From assembly GCA_964016885.1 (NCBI GenBank), contig OZ024746.1, forward strand, positions 95,542,001 to 95,606,000: DNA of 64,000 nucleotides, in the 5' to 3' direction. This document shows, one piece after another, positions 1 through 12,354 of the stretch. The notes beneath the pieces are model-generated. The model ran no database searches, was not told the origin of the DNA, and was given only the letters and a program-made list of their open reading frames with translations. The stretch comes from Eledone cirrhosa (Eukaryota). The translations under genes were made by a program, and so were the position numbers. Position 1 is the stretch's first letter; every line of letters starts with the position of its first letter.

Positions 1-444
1 TTCCATTGGTCTTTCCAATTGCTAATTCTATCTGTCGGTTGCATATCCAGGCAGAAGTATATATATATATATATTCAAAATAGAGGGTGCACAGGATAAA
101 GACAATGGAAAAATGGCCAATCCCATCTCTTCAGCCAACCTCTGGAAATCAATACAGTTTCAGTATATTAAACTTGATACCTTCATTCTCATGCACATAA
201 CATTCATATATTCAGCTATTTGTTATTGATTAACCCATTTTTAGTTTTCCGGTTGCAAGTATGATCAATAAAAGACTTGTGTAAGCAGGATTGAGCACTC
301 AACGTCGAATAGCTTTCTTTGTTATGATATTATCATGTAGATGTGTGTATGATGTAGTGTTGATATATTAGTGTATGTGTGAGTGTTAGTGTATATACAC
401 ACATACACTCTTATACTTACATATACACACACACACACACACAT

Positions 445-3400
445 ATCTCTCCCACACCACCGTCTCTCCCACACGACCCTGCCACCACTGTCTCTCTCCC
501 ACACCACCACATCACCACTGGCTCTCACCCACACCACCCTACCACGACTGTCTCTCTCCCACAACACCCTACCACCACTGTCTCTCTCCCACAACACCCT
601 ACCACCACTGTCTCTCTCCCACAACACCCTACCACCACTGGCTCTCACCCACACCACCCTACCACCACTGGCTCTCACCCACACCACCATACCACCACTG
701 TCTCTCTCCCACACCACCCTACCACCACTGTCTCTCTCCCACAACACCCTACCACCACTGTCTCTCTTCCACAACACCCTACCACGACTGTCTCTCTCCC
801 ACAACACCCTACCACCACTGTCTCTCTCCCACAACACCCTACCACCACTGTCTCTCTTCCACACCACCCTACCACCACTGTCTCTCTTCCACACCACCCT
901 ACCACCACTGTCTCTCTCCCACAACACCCTACCACCACTGTCTCTCTCCCACACCACCCTACCACCACCGTCTCTCTTCCACAACACCCTACCACGACTG
1001 TCTCTCTCCCACAACACCCTACCACCACTGTCTCTCTCCCACAACACCCTACCACCACTGTCTCTCTCCCACAACACCCTACCACCACTGTCTCTCTTCC
1101 ACACCACCCTACCACCACTGTCTCTCTTCCACACCACCCTACCACCACTGTCTCTCTCCCACAACACCCTACCACCACTGGCTCTCACCCACACCACCCT
1201 ACCACCACTGGCTCTCACCCACACCACCCTACCACCACTGTCTCTCTCCCACAACACCCTACCACCACTGTCTCTCTTCCACACCACCCTACCACCACTG
1301 TCTCTCTCCCACAACACCCTACCACCACTGTCTCTCTTCCACACCACCCTACCACCACTGTCTCTCTCCCACACCACCCTACCACCACTGTCTCTCTCCC
1401 ACACCACCCTACCACCACTGTCTCTCTCCCACACCACCCTACCACCACTGTCTCTCTCCCACACCACCCTACCACCACTGTCTCTCTCCCACACCACCCT
1501 ACCACCACTGTCTCTCTCCCACACCACCCTACCACCAGTCTCTCTCCCACACCACCCTACCACCACTGTCTCTCACCCACAACACCCTACCACCACTGTC
1601 TCTCTCCCACAACACTCTACCACCACTGTCTCTCTCCCACACCACCCTACCACCACTGTCTCTCTCCCACACCACCCTACCACCACTGTCTCTCTCCCAC
1701 ACCACCCTACCACCACTGTCTCTCTCCCACAACACCCTACCACCACTGTCTCTCTCCCACAACACCCTGCCACCACTGTCTCTCTTCCACAACACCCTAC
1801 CACGACTGTCTCTCTCCCACAACACCCTACCACCACTGTCTCTCTTTCACACCACCCTACCACCACTGTCTCTCTCCCACACCACCCTACCACCACTGTC
1901 TCTCTTCCACACCACCCTACCACCACTGTCTCTCTTCCACAACACCCTACCACGACTGTCTCTCTCCCACAACACCCTACCACCACTGTCTCTCTCCCAC
2001 AACACCCTACCACCACTGTCTCTCTCCCACAACACCCTACCACCACTGTCTCTCTCCCACAACACCCTACCACCACTGTCTCTCTCCCACAACACCCTAC
2101 CACCACTGTCTCTCTTCCACAACACTCTACCACCACTGTCTCTCTCCAACAACACCCTACCACCACTGTCTCTCTCCCACAACACCCTACCACCACTGTC
2201 TCTCTTCCACAACACTCTACCACCACTGTCTCTCTCCCACACCACCCTACCACCACTGTCTCTCTTCCACAACACTCTACCACCACTGTCTCTCTCCCAC
2301 AACACCCTACCACCACTGTCTCTCTTCCACAACACCCTACCACAACTGTCTCTCTTCCACAACACCCTACCACCACTGTCTCTCTCCCACACCACCCTAC
2401 CACCACTGTCTCTCTTCCACAACACTCTACCACCACTGTCTCTCTCCCACAACACCCTACCACCACTGTCTCTCTTCCACAACACCCTACCACAACTGTC
2501 TCTCTTCCACAACACCCTACCACCACTGTCTCTCTCCCACACCACCCTACCACCACTGTCTCTCTCCCACAACACCCTACCACCACTGTCTCTCTCCCAC
2601 AACACCCTACCACCACTGTCTCTCTTCCACACCACCCTACCACCACTGTCTCTCTTCCACACCACCCTACCACTACTGTCTCTCTCCCACACCACCCTAC
2701 CACCACTGTCTCTCTTCCACAACACTCTACCACCACTGTCTCTCTCCAACAACACCCTACCACCACTGTCTCTCTTCCACAACACCCTACCACCACTGTC
2801 TCTCTCCCACAACACCCTACCACCACTGTCTCTCTCCCACAACACCCTACCACCACTGTCTCTCTCCCACACCACCCTACCACCACTGTCTCTCTCCCAC
2901 AACACCCTACCACCACTGTCGTCTCTCTCCCACACCACCCTACCACCACTGTCTCTCTCCCACAACACCCCACCACCACTGTCTCTATTCCACACCACCC
3001 TACCACCACTGTCTCTCTTCCACACCACCCTACCACCACTGTCTCTATTCCACATCACCCTACCACCACTGTCTCTCTTCCACAACACCCTACCACCACT
3101 GTCTCTCTCCCACACCACCCTACCACCACTGTCTCTCTCCCACACCACCCTACCACCACTGTCTCTCTTCCACACCACCCTACCACCACTGTCTCTATTC
3201 CACACCACCCTACCACCACTGTCTCTATTCCACACCACCCTACCACCACTATGTATCTCCCACACCACCCTACCACCACTGTCTCTCTCCCACACCACCC
3301 TACCACCACTGTCTCTCTCCCACACCACCCTACCACCACTGTCTCTCTCCCACACCACCCTACCACCAGTCTCTCTCCCACACCACCCTACCACCACTGT

Positions 3401-4089
3401 CTCTCACCCACAACACCCTACCACCACTGTCTCTCTCCCACAACACTCTACCACCACTGTCTCTCTCCCACACCACCCTACCACCACTGTCTCTCTCCCA
3501 CAACACCCTACCACCACTGTCTCTCTCCCACACCACCCTACCACCACTGTCTCTCTCCCACAACACCCTACCACCACTGTCTCTCTTCCACAACACTCTA
3601 CCACCACTGTCTCTCTCCCACACCACCCTACCACCACTGTCTCTCTTCCACAACACTCTACCACCACTGTCTCTCTCCCACACCACCCTACCACCACTGT
3701 CTCTCTCCCACAACACCCTACCACCACTGTCTCTCTTCCACAACACCATACCACCACTGTCTCTCCTCCACAACACTCTACCACCACTGTCTCTCCTCCA
3801 CAACACTCTACCACCACTGTCTCTCACCCACACCACCCTACCACCACTGTCTATCTCCCACAACACCCTACCACCACTGTCTCTCTCCCACAACACCCTA
3901 CCACCACTGTCTCTCTCCCACACCACCCTACCACCACTGTCTCTCTCCCACACCACCCTACCACCACTGTCTCTCTCCCACACCACCCTACCACCACTGT
4001 CTCTCACCCACACCACCCTACCACCACTGTCTATCACCCACACCACCCTACCACCACTGTCTCTCACCCACACCACCCTACCACCACTG
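445..4089. repeat. 30-bp minisatellite array (~120 units)
   Basis: Unit CCACA(C/A)CACCCTACCACCACTGTCTCTCTC repeated head-to-tail. It explains all overlapping ORFs at 322-4305. Confidence 0.97.
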
Positions 4090-4950
4090 CATGCTATAAC
4101 AGAAGAGTTTAAGACTAGCTGCCCATGGGAACTCCTATATGCAGATGATCTCACACTCATAACTGAATCTATGGCAGAATTAGAGAAGAAATTCCAAACC
4201 TGGAAGAATGGCTTAGAAACAAAAGGTCTTGAAGTCAATCTGACAAAAACTAAGGTCCTAGTAAATAGAAGAGAAAACAGATCCACAATCTCCTCAAGGA
4301 AATAGCCTTGCCCAATGTGTAGGTATAAATTCCATCCACTGTCCCAAATGCAAACTATGGGTACACAAGAAATGTAGTGAGATGTCAGGTAATTTAGCTA
4401 AGAGCATAGGTTTTACATGTAGCCGTTGCACTGAAGCAGTAAGTAGCAAACAACTACAGGAAACAAGCACTAACAAATTCTGGGAAGGTTCGGCAGAAGC
4501 AGTAGACAGCTTCTGATACCTAGGAGACAAATTTAGAAACAGATATGGGTGTTCTGAAAGTACAGTAGCCACTAGATGGAAGAAGTTCAGAGAGCTACTA
4601 CCATTGCTAGCTACAAAAGGCTTTTCCCTCAAAGTGAAAAGCAGACTGTACGATGCATGTATACGAGCAGCAATGTTGCATTGTAGTGAGGCTTGGGCGC
4701 TGTGTACAGGAGAGGAGATTGCATTGATATAGACATGTGATTAATATGAAGGATGACAGCTGTATAAAAAGATGCAGAGCACTCAAAGTTTATGGAAGCC
4801 ATGGAGTAGGAAAACCCAGGAAGACTTGGGATGAGGTGATAAAAGCCAACCTTGCCTAATTGTAACTCTCAAAGGCGATGACATATGACCAGGATCTCTG
4901 GCTTTATACAGTAATACAGAAGACCCACCTTCCCATGAGTACAGGCTGAA
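4086..4950 (+). mobile_element. 5'-truncated RTE-clade LINE fragment (reverse transcriptase C-terminal part), degenerate
   Basis: LHAITEEFKTSCPWELLYADDLTLITES...VNLTKTKVL (YADD motif), then a CCHC-like segment and ...LYDACIRAAMLHCSEAW, with stops and frameshifts. Confidence 0.85.
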
Positions 4951-5082
4951 GCAAACATCTGGTATGCACCACCTTCACTTTCATCTCCCCTTCCACACAC
5001 CTCCCACGTCCCTAACACTCCGCCCCTCACACACGCCGATATACCGACCTCCGTAATCTCCACACACCCTTCCCACAAAAAG

Positions 5083-5352
5083 TGCCCAGCCCACATTGTA
5101 AAGTGGTCATGTAGGTGTCACGACAAAAAGCACCCAGCCCACACTGTAAAGTGGTCAAGTAGGTGTCATGATAAAAAGCACCCAATACTCACTGTAAACG
5201 TGGTTGGCGTTAAGAAGCGCATCCAGCTGTAGAAACCAAACCAAACTCGGTTCTGTATGAGCAAGACATGGTCATCTGACCTCAACTTGCCTCAAATAAG
5301 GCAACCCATCTAACCCATGCTAGCGTGCAAAATGAACGTTAAACGATGATAA
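5083..5352 (+). mobile_element. SINE-like element with 48-bp internal repeat and RTE-type 3' tail
   Basis: 2-3 copies of AAAAAGCACCCAGCCCACACTGTAAAGTGGTCATGTAGGTGTCATGAC followed by ...AACCCATGCTAGC...CGTTAAACGATGAT. The same tail recurs at 45860-45908 and resembles RTE LINE 3' ends. Confidence 0.7.
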
Positions 5353-5354
5353 TA

Positions 5355-5660
5355 ATTGTTTCTATTTTTGGCACAAGGCCAGCAATTAACCAGTACATTA
5401 CTGGTACTTTATTTTATCGACCCCGTAAGGATGAAAGGCAAAGTTAACCTCGGCGGAATTTGAACTCGGATCATAAAGGGACGTAACTCTATACTTCAAA
5501 GCATGGCGTCCGACTCTCTACCGATACTGCCAATCCACCGCTGATAAGAATTGTTTCTACTTTTGGCACAAGGCCAGCAATTATCCCAGTACATTACTGG
5601 TACTTTATTTTATCGACCCCGTAAGGATGAAAAGCAAAGTTAACCTCGGCGGGATTTGGA
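5355..5660 (-). mobile_element. tRNA-derived SINE (one full copy plus one partial copy)
   Basis: On the minus strand: A-box-like TGGCAGTATCGGTAG, B-box-like GAGTTCAAATTCC, central GCCTTTCATCCTTACGGGGTCGATAAAATAAAAGTACCAG. More than 15 copies of this family occur in the window. Confidence 0.85.
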
Positions 5661-5745
5661 TATATATATATATATATATCCTGATATGGTTGACGGCTGA
5701 GAGAAAGGAATACTCAATACCGAACTAGAGTTTTAATATTCATTT

Positions 5746-5877
5746 ATATTAAAGCTAAAAAGTGAGTCTTGTTACTCTGGAGTTTCGTCTGTTTAACACA
5801 GGGTCATCAGATAAGATGACCCTGTGTTAAACAGACGAAACTCCAGAGTAACAAGACTCACTTTTTAGCCTTAATAT
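5746..5877. repeat. Near-perfect fold-back palindrome (63-bp arms, 6-nt loop) between (TA)n tracts
   Basis: 5746-5808 is the reverse complement of 5815-5877 with one mismatch. Confidence 0.95.
5767..5816 (-). ncRNA. Minimal type I hammerhead-ribozyme-like motif
   Basis: Minus strand reads TCTTAT-CTGATGA-CCCTGTGTTAAACAGAC-GAAA-CTCCAGAGT-A-ACAAGA: core boxes present, stem III ACTC/GAGT, GUA triplet, stem I TCTTAT/ACAAGA with 1 mismatch. The base of stem II is imperfect. Confidence 0.55.
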
Positions 5878-5924
<47 letters not shown>

Positions 5925-6742
5925 ACTAAATGTTTACCACAACTATATATATATAGGACTAAATGTTTACCACAACTATATATATATATATATATACTGG
6001 ACTAAATGTTTACCACAACTGCTGGTTGCCAGTTTAAAGGGTAACGCATGTATCGTTAAACTATTCAATTGATAACTTTAGAAATACAAATACAGAAGAA
6101 ATGAAAAAGAAAAACAATCCTCAATTTATTTTAGCAGTAGTAGTTAAGAATTTTCGAAGAATTCCAGAAAGTAGTTCTCTAATACCAGAATGTCATAATA
6201 TTTCAGTAATTTTCTGTTCTCTCTTATGCAATCGAACACTCACACCTACGCATATCATATCACATATCAGGATTACTGATTTAGACACAAGGCCAGCAAT
6301 ATCGAGAAGAGAGATTATATCATTTCACTATTTAACTGGTATTTTATTCTATCGACTCTGAAAGTATGAAGGGCAAAGTTGACCTCAGCAGGATTTGAAC
6401 TTAGAACCTAAAGATCCGGAACAAGTACTGCAAAGCAATTTGCCCGATGCTATCATATATATATGTGGGTGTGTAGAAATAGCCGTAGGTATGAAAGGAA
6501 AAACAGTGCTCCATCGGGAAGAGAGCAGAAGAAATATATTATTTATTTATGTTCATACACGGAACAAAGGAGCCAGCCAAGGTCTCAAGGCCCAAAATTT
6601 GACCATACTTCCAGAATACAAGAGGTATCAAATTAGTGACCTTTCTTCAGGCGCTTATACGAATGTGTGTGTGTGTTTTACGACGAAACACCGTGAAATA
6701 AATTTTGTTATTAAATGTCTTGCTTTCTCCACCATACATTCC

Positions 6743-6809
<67 letters not shown>

Positions 6810-7352
6810 TGTTTAATATAGAAATGGCTTCTACGGGGCTAGAACTGCTTCATCCAAATGAAACAGGTCTAGTCCTGTAGAAGCCATTTCTCACTGATGT
6901 TTACACTCTACTAATGTATTGAATTCCTTACTTACTGTGGTTACCCTCGATTGAACCAGAGAGATAGAGACGTTCCTTGGTACCGTAAAATATATTTAAG
7001 AATAAGAATCATGAGAAATTAAACACCTTGTCCGAAACGTCAGTTCTTATGACATGCCAGCAAACAGCTCACCTTTTTTGCGTTAACGTTGACTCATGTC
7101 AACGCAAACTACCACTAACTAAACTAGTAAAATTCTAGTGGTTACGTTTAGTATGAGTGATACTTTATCTGAATTATTGATACCAATCGTGAATATCAAC
7201 CACAATACATGATACATTTATTTCAGACATCCTTCAGTGTAAAAAATAAAGATAAAGACATTTTGTATTAAAATATGTAATTATAAGGAGATAATTCGAA
7301 AATCGATATCGTATTGAGAATTCCAAATCTGAAAGATTGATTTACTTTCGCA

Positions 7353-7887
7353 AATATATATATATATATATATACACACGCATATACATACATATATATA
7401 TATATACACACACACATACACACATATACACACACACACATACATACACACACACATACATACACACATATATATATATATATATATACATATATATATA
7501 CACACACATACATACATATATATACACACACACATACATACATATATATATATATACACATATACATACATACATACATATATATATATATACACACACA
7601 TATACATACATACATATATATATATATATACACACATATACATACATACATATATATATATATATACACACATATACATACATATATATATATATATACA
7701 CACATATATATATATATATATACACACATACATATATATATATATATACACACACATACATACATACATATATATATATATATACACACACATATACATA
7801 TATATATATATATATACACACACATATACATACATATATATATATATATATACACACACATATACATACATATATATACACACTCAT

Positions 7888-7934
<47 letters not shown>

Positions 7935-8074
7935 TATACATATATATATATATATAGATATATATATACACACACATATACATACATACATATATATATA
8001 GATATATATATACACACACATATACATACATACATATATATATAGATATATATATACACACACATATACATACA

Positions 8075-8110
<36 letters not shown>

Positions 8111-8340
8111 TACACATATACATACACATATATATATATATATATACACACACACATATACATACATACATATATATATATACACACATACATACATACA
8201 TATATATATACACACATATACATACATACATACATACATATATATATATATTATACACATATATACATAAGCACATATATACATATACACATATATACAT
8301 ATACATACACATACATATAGATAGATGGATAGATAGATAA
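7353..8340. repeat. Compound (TA)n/(CA)n/(TACA)n microsatellite
   Basis: About 1 kb of dinucleotide and tetranucleotide repeats. Source of the YIYI/CVCV ORFs. Confidence 0.97.
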
Positions 8341-10839
8341 ACAGAAAAACAAATAGATAGATAAAGAAAATTATGTTGCAGAGCTATTCAGATTTTATAT
8401 CAGTTTAAATATACTGACATACCCAAGTACAAAAAGAGAAAGAATGCTCGCAACACGCCAAATTAAAGAATATATTAGATGAATGAATGAATAATTGAAT
8501 ATATTTTGATTGCATCTAAACACGTAAGTTTGTATTAAACCGAAAATAAATGAAGTTATCGGATATTCAAGAAACCAGAAGACCAGTTCCATAGAAACTA
8601 ACCCAACTGGTAAAATGAATTAAGAACAAAGGTGGATGTTATGAACTTCGAACGGATTTTAAAGTAAATCAAGCTTTATGGATGTCTTAAGAGAAAAGAC
8701 ACATTCCATATTAAAATGTTAACGTCGAGGATTCAAGAAGAATCTACGACAGAATAAAAATTAAATTAAAATATTCAAAGAATCAATTGTATAAATCCGT
8801 TCTCGGTTTTTACAAACATGGGTTTAGACTATTCTAAAGGAATGCGACAAAAAGAGAAAGATTAAGTGATTGAATGTATCCATAGATTCTATCCAGTGAG
8901 TGATCCTTAAAGTGGTAATGACATTGGTATTGGAACTGACGTAATAGAAATCAGTGCAGAAGATTACGATAGAGCATCACCTATCAACTACGTAGCGTTG
9001 TTAATAAACAGAAACCAGCTTTCTTCCATCACATAGACAAGTGCTAGTGTCACTAAACAGCTACAGAAAATAAGGAAAACTAACAACAAGTGAAATATAT
9101 TACTAAATACATTCTGCAACAACATAACATAGTTGAAAATTGTAACCAGCGAATACTTTTGGTGTTGGTGAAATTTTAAGTGAAGTATTATATTTTCTTG
9201 GTAGTCTTTTTGTCCTTATTGCTTTGTTTTCGTCTCTAAATTTCTTTAATCTAGACGTGAAATCGGGAGGGATATGGTTAGTTGAAATGGAAAATTGACA
9301 GGAAAATGGGTGCATACGCAGATAATCTATACTACATTAGATTATAGTATACGATAGTTGAAACAGGATTACTCTAGGAATGGATTATATATATACACAC
9401 CAATATATACATACCAATACATTAACTAACTAACGACTAGATATGGCTTCGATTTGGGGAAAAAGGGAGTACATACATTAAGTCGTTTGCGCACATACTG
9501 CTTAATAACAATTTATATATATAGATATCAATTGGCATATAATATCGTTCACAATTGCCATAACAGAACAGTTTATAAAGATATTTTAACACCCACTACC
9601 AATCGTTCACGTATGAATATATAACTAGATAATTCTGTCTATAAATATAATATATAGCTTTTAAAATACAAGTGAATGAAACTAAGTGTCAGAACAAGTC
9701 GAAGACAGGACTTTGATTTATATATAATATTGATTTGCAACTCAAAATATTAGCTCCAACTAGTTGTCAGAGTGAGTCTACTGTATGTATATAAATGTAT
9801 ATACATATTTATACATTCATATGTGTATATTTACTGCGTAACATAGCTATATACTTAAGACGTTCATCACAGACATTAAATAATTTAAAGAAACCGTATT
9901 AGCACAGAATATATATAAGATAATGGAAAAATAAATCGACTTACGGGATAAGTGTAGTAAGCTACCAAGCTACGCCAGCATCCTCGATCGCAACTAGGGG
10001 GGCGTAACTGTGTTATAGCTTGATTTTATTCTACCTTTTTTCAGTCGAAGAGTTCGCCTTCGACATTCAACAGATGTCTCTTTCTTATATTGTTCTTAAT
10101 TTTTAAAATACATTCCAACCATGACCATCCGTCTTTATCCTCAGAAATACTATATCTAGGACTACATTATCCAATGTGTCCTTCCTCAATAAAAAAAAAA
10201 GTAGGATTTGACTGCTATTTCTAGCAATTTAAGTGACTATTTAGTTGGGGTTTCACAAAAACGTGTTGCTGTGATGTGTAATTTCTCGGTTTTCAAGAAA
10301 TACAATTCTTGTTTTGTTTGAATTTAGAAATACAATAATTTTTTTTAAATTCTTTAAGCTATGGCCATCCGCTTTTTTTCCTCAGAAATATTATATCTAG
10401 GACTACATTATCCAAATGTACTTTATCGTTATTGTTCAATGAGTTATATAAATGCTATCTTGCCTCGATTAATAGAATTATCTATTATTTCATGGAGAGT
10501 TGCCTTCTATTTCTAACAATTTAAGTGACTACTTAAAGGCTTTTTTCTTTTTTCGTGGTATTTCACAAAGTTGTATTTCTGAATGCCATGTTACAGACCT
10601 GTCAACTCTCCCCGACCGACGGGGAGATCTCCCACCCACTTTGGGATGAGTGAGAGATGTCTTCTTTCATTATGTAAAATCTCCCCATTTTTCTTCATTT
10701 ATCCCAATTTTGGGGCACTTTCTTTCATGGTACTCCCCGTTTGTGTTTTTAGAGGTTGGCAGGTCTGATGTCATACATCTAAGTATGTATTAGTACACCC
10801 AGTAAAGTTTTATTTCACATAATTATACATAAATATATT

Positions 10840-11262
10840 ATATGTACGGATGTAAACCTTGGACGATAACAAAAAAGATACAGCAGAAGATCCAGACATT
10901 CTTCAACACTTGTCTGAGGCACATCTACAACATCAGATGGCCGGAGAAGTTCAGAAACGAAGATCTGTGGGAGCAAGCAGGACAGGAACCAGTGGCAAAA
11001 CAGATTATGTGGGGGAAGTGGGGCATGGATTAGACATACCCTCAGGAAACCAGCATCCAACACCACAGGCCAAGCCCTGATATAGAATCCACAGGATAAG
11101 AGGAAGAGAGGCTGGCCCCACGGCAACTGGAGGCGTGACACTGAGGGTGAATTAAAAAAACTGGAAGCTAACAAGAATGGAGTGGCGAGAGAAGCCCAGG
11201 ATCGTGTACGCTGGTGGGGGGTCGTCAATGGCTTATGCTCCACAGAGAGTGATGGGGCTAAA
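10840..11262 (+). mobile_element. RTE-clade LINE 3' fragment
   Basis: MYGCKPWTITKKIQQKIQTFFNTCLRHIYNIRWPEKFRNEDLW..., followed by NPQDKRKRGWP and AQDR..W motifs typical of RTE ORF ends. Confidence 0.8.
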
Positions 11263-11447
11263 GAAACTGGATAGCGTAGAGCTTCTCTCATCTTTACCAG
11301 GACCTATATTAGTAAACCCCAATATAACCATACATATACTATATATATGTGTGTGTGTTTATGTATGTATGTGTGTGTAAAGAGAATAATAGGTGAGACA
11401 AAACATGCTCACTCAATCACGCGTCACAAGGAGTGCTGGAGCTTCCC

Positions 11448-11520
<73 letters not shown>

Positions 11521-11577
11521 CATATATATAATATTAATTCAAAATATTAACAAAATAGATATTCTTGTGATCAAGTA

Positions 11578-11644
11578 TATTTTATTATACATATTTCAGA
11601 GGTACTGAGTTAACTTCAACAGTACGTCCTCATCAGATAAAATA
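11578..11644 (-). ncRNA. Type I hammerhead-ribozyme-like motif (mirror copy in left palindrome arm)
   Basis: Exact reverse complement of the 11743-11809 motif. Confidence 0.65.
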
Positions 11645-11742
11645 AGATGATGCATGACATACCCTGACATAGTAGATGGTTAAGATTCAGCCATGACTGA
11701 ATCTTAACCATCTACTATGTCAGGGTATGTCATGCATCATCT

Positions 11743-11809
11743 TATTTTATCTGATGAGGACGTACTGTTGAAGTTAACTCAGTACCTCTGAAATATGTAT
11801 AATAAAATA
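11743..11809 (+). ncRNA. Type I hammerhead-ribozyme-like motif, Penelope-type minimal stem III
   Basis: TATTTTAT-CTGATGA-GGACGTACTG(loop)CAGTACCTCT-GAAA-TATGTAT-A-ATAAAATA: perfect 8-bp stem I, 9/10-bp stem II, short quasi-palindromic stem III, AUA triplet. Confidence 0.7.
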
Positions 11810-12066
11810 TACTTGATCACAAGAATATCTATTTTGTTAATATTTTGAATTAATATTAATAACTCTGGAAAACCATTATAGTTGAGTGCTTCCAATCTAT
11901 TGTAAAACTCATTCTTTGATTTATTCATTGAACCTTGTTTAACTTTTAAATATATATATTGAGGGCGGCTAACCGGGCTAGAAGCTGCTAAATGTTCGGC
12001 CGCCCTCCTGTCTCTGCTTTTCAGCCCCATGGATTTTGTCTATTATATTCCTTTGTTAAATTTGGA

Positions 12067-12124
12067 ATACCTGATGATGTCACCGGATTCAAACTGAACC
12101 TGGTCACTGAAATGATCATAGTAT
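12067..12124 (+). ncRNA. Type I hammerhead-ribozyme-like motif with palindromic stem III
   Basis: ATAC-CTGATGA-TGTCACCGGATTC(AAACT)GAACCTGGTCACT-GAAA-TGATCAT-A-GTAT. Stem III region ATGATCAT is self-complementary. The stem II closing pair is non-canonical (U-U). Confidence 0.6.
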
Positions 12125-12354
12125 AATAAACCTTTAAGGAATTACACCAGTCCAGCCTTCTGTTATTTTATAGTAATTAACTCCGTACTCGCACCACCAA
12201 CAACACAAACGAAGACGGGTGAGTTGCATTACGTCGAGTACTCTCCCTAATATTATATCAAGGTTGACCATACGGAATGACCAGTTCTATCCAGTGGTGG
12301 GTGAACCAACAAACCTAAATAAATAAATATATATATATATATATATATTTATTA

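Larger units (their letters stand above)
11529..11858. repeat. Perfect 330-bp palindrome (~162-bp arms, CCATGA centre) abutting (TA)n
   Basis: 11529-11690 is the reverse complement of 11697-11858. Confidence 0.95.

Noticed and set aside
100-200. Hammerhead-like half motif on the minus strand (ATGA-AGGTAT..ATACT-GAAAC-TGTA)
   Set aside because: The CUGANGA box and stem I are not recoverable; too degenerate to call.
322-4305. Very long ORFs (up to 1308 aa) of H/P/T-rich repeats
   Set aside because: They overlap in multiple frames on both strands and arise from a stop-free 30-bp satellite; only the final ~70 aa are real (RTE RT relic).
7268-8312. YIYI/CVCV ORFs
   Set aside because: Dinucleotide microsatellite translations.
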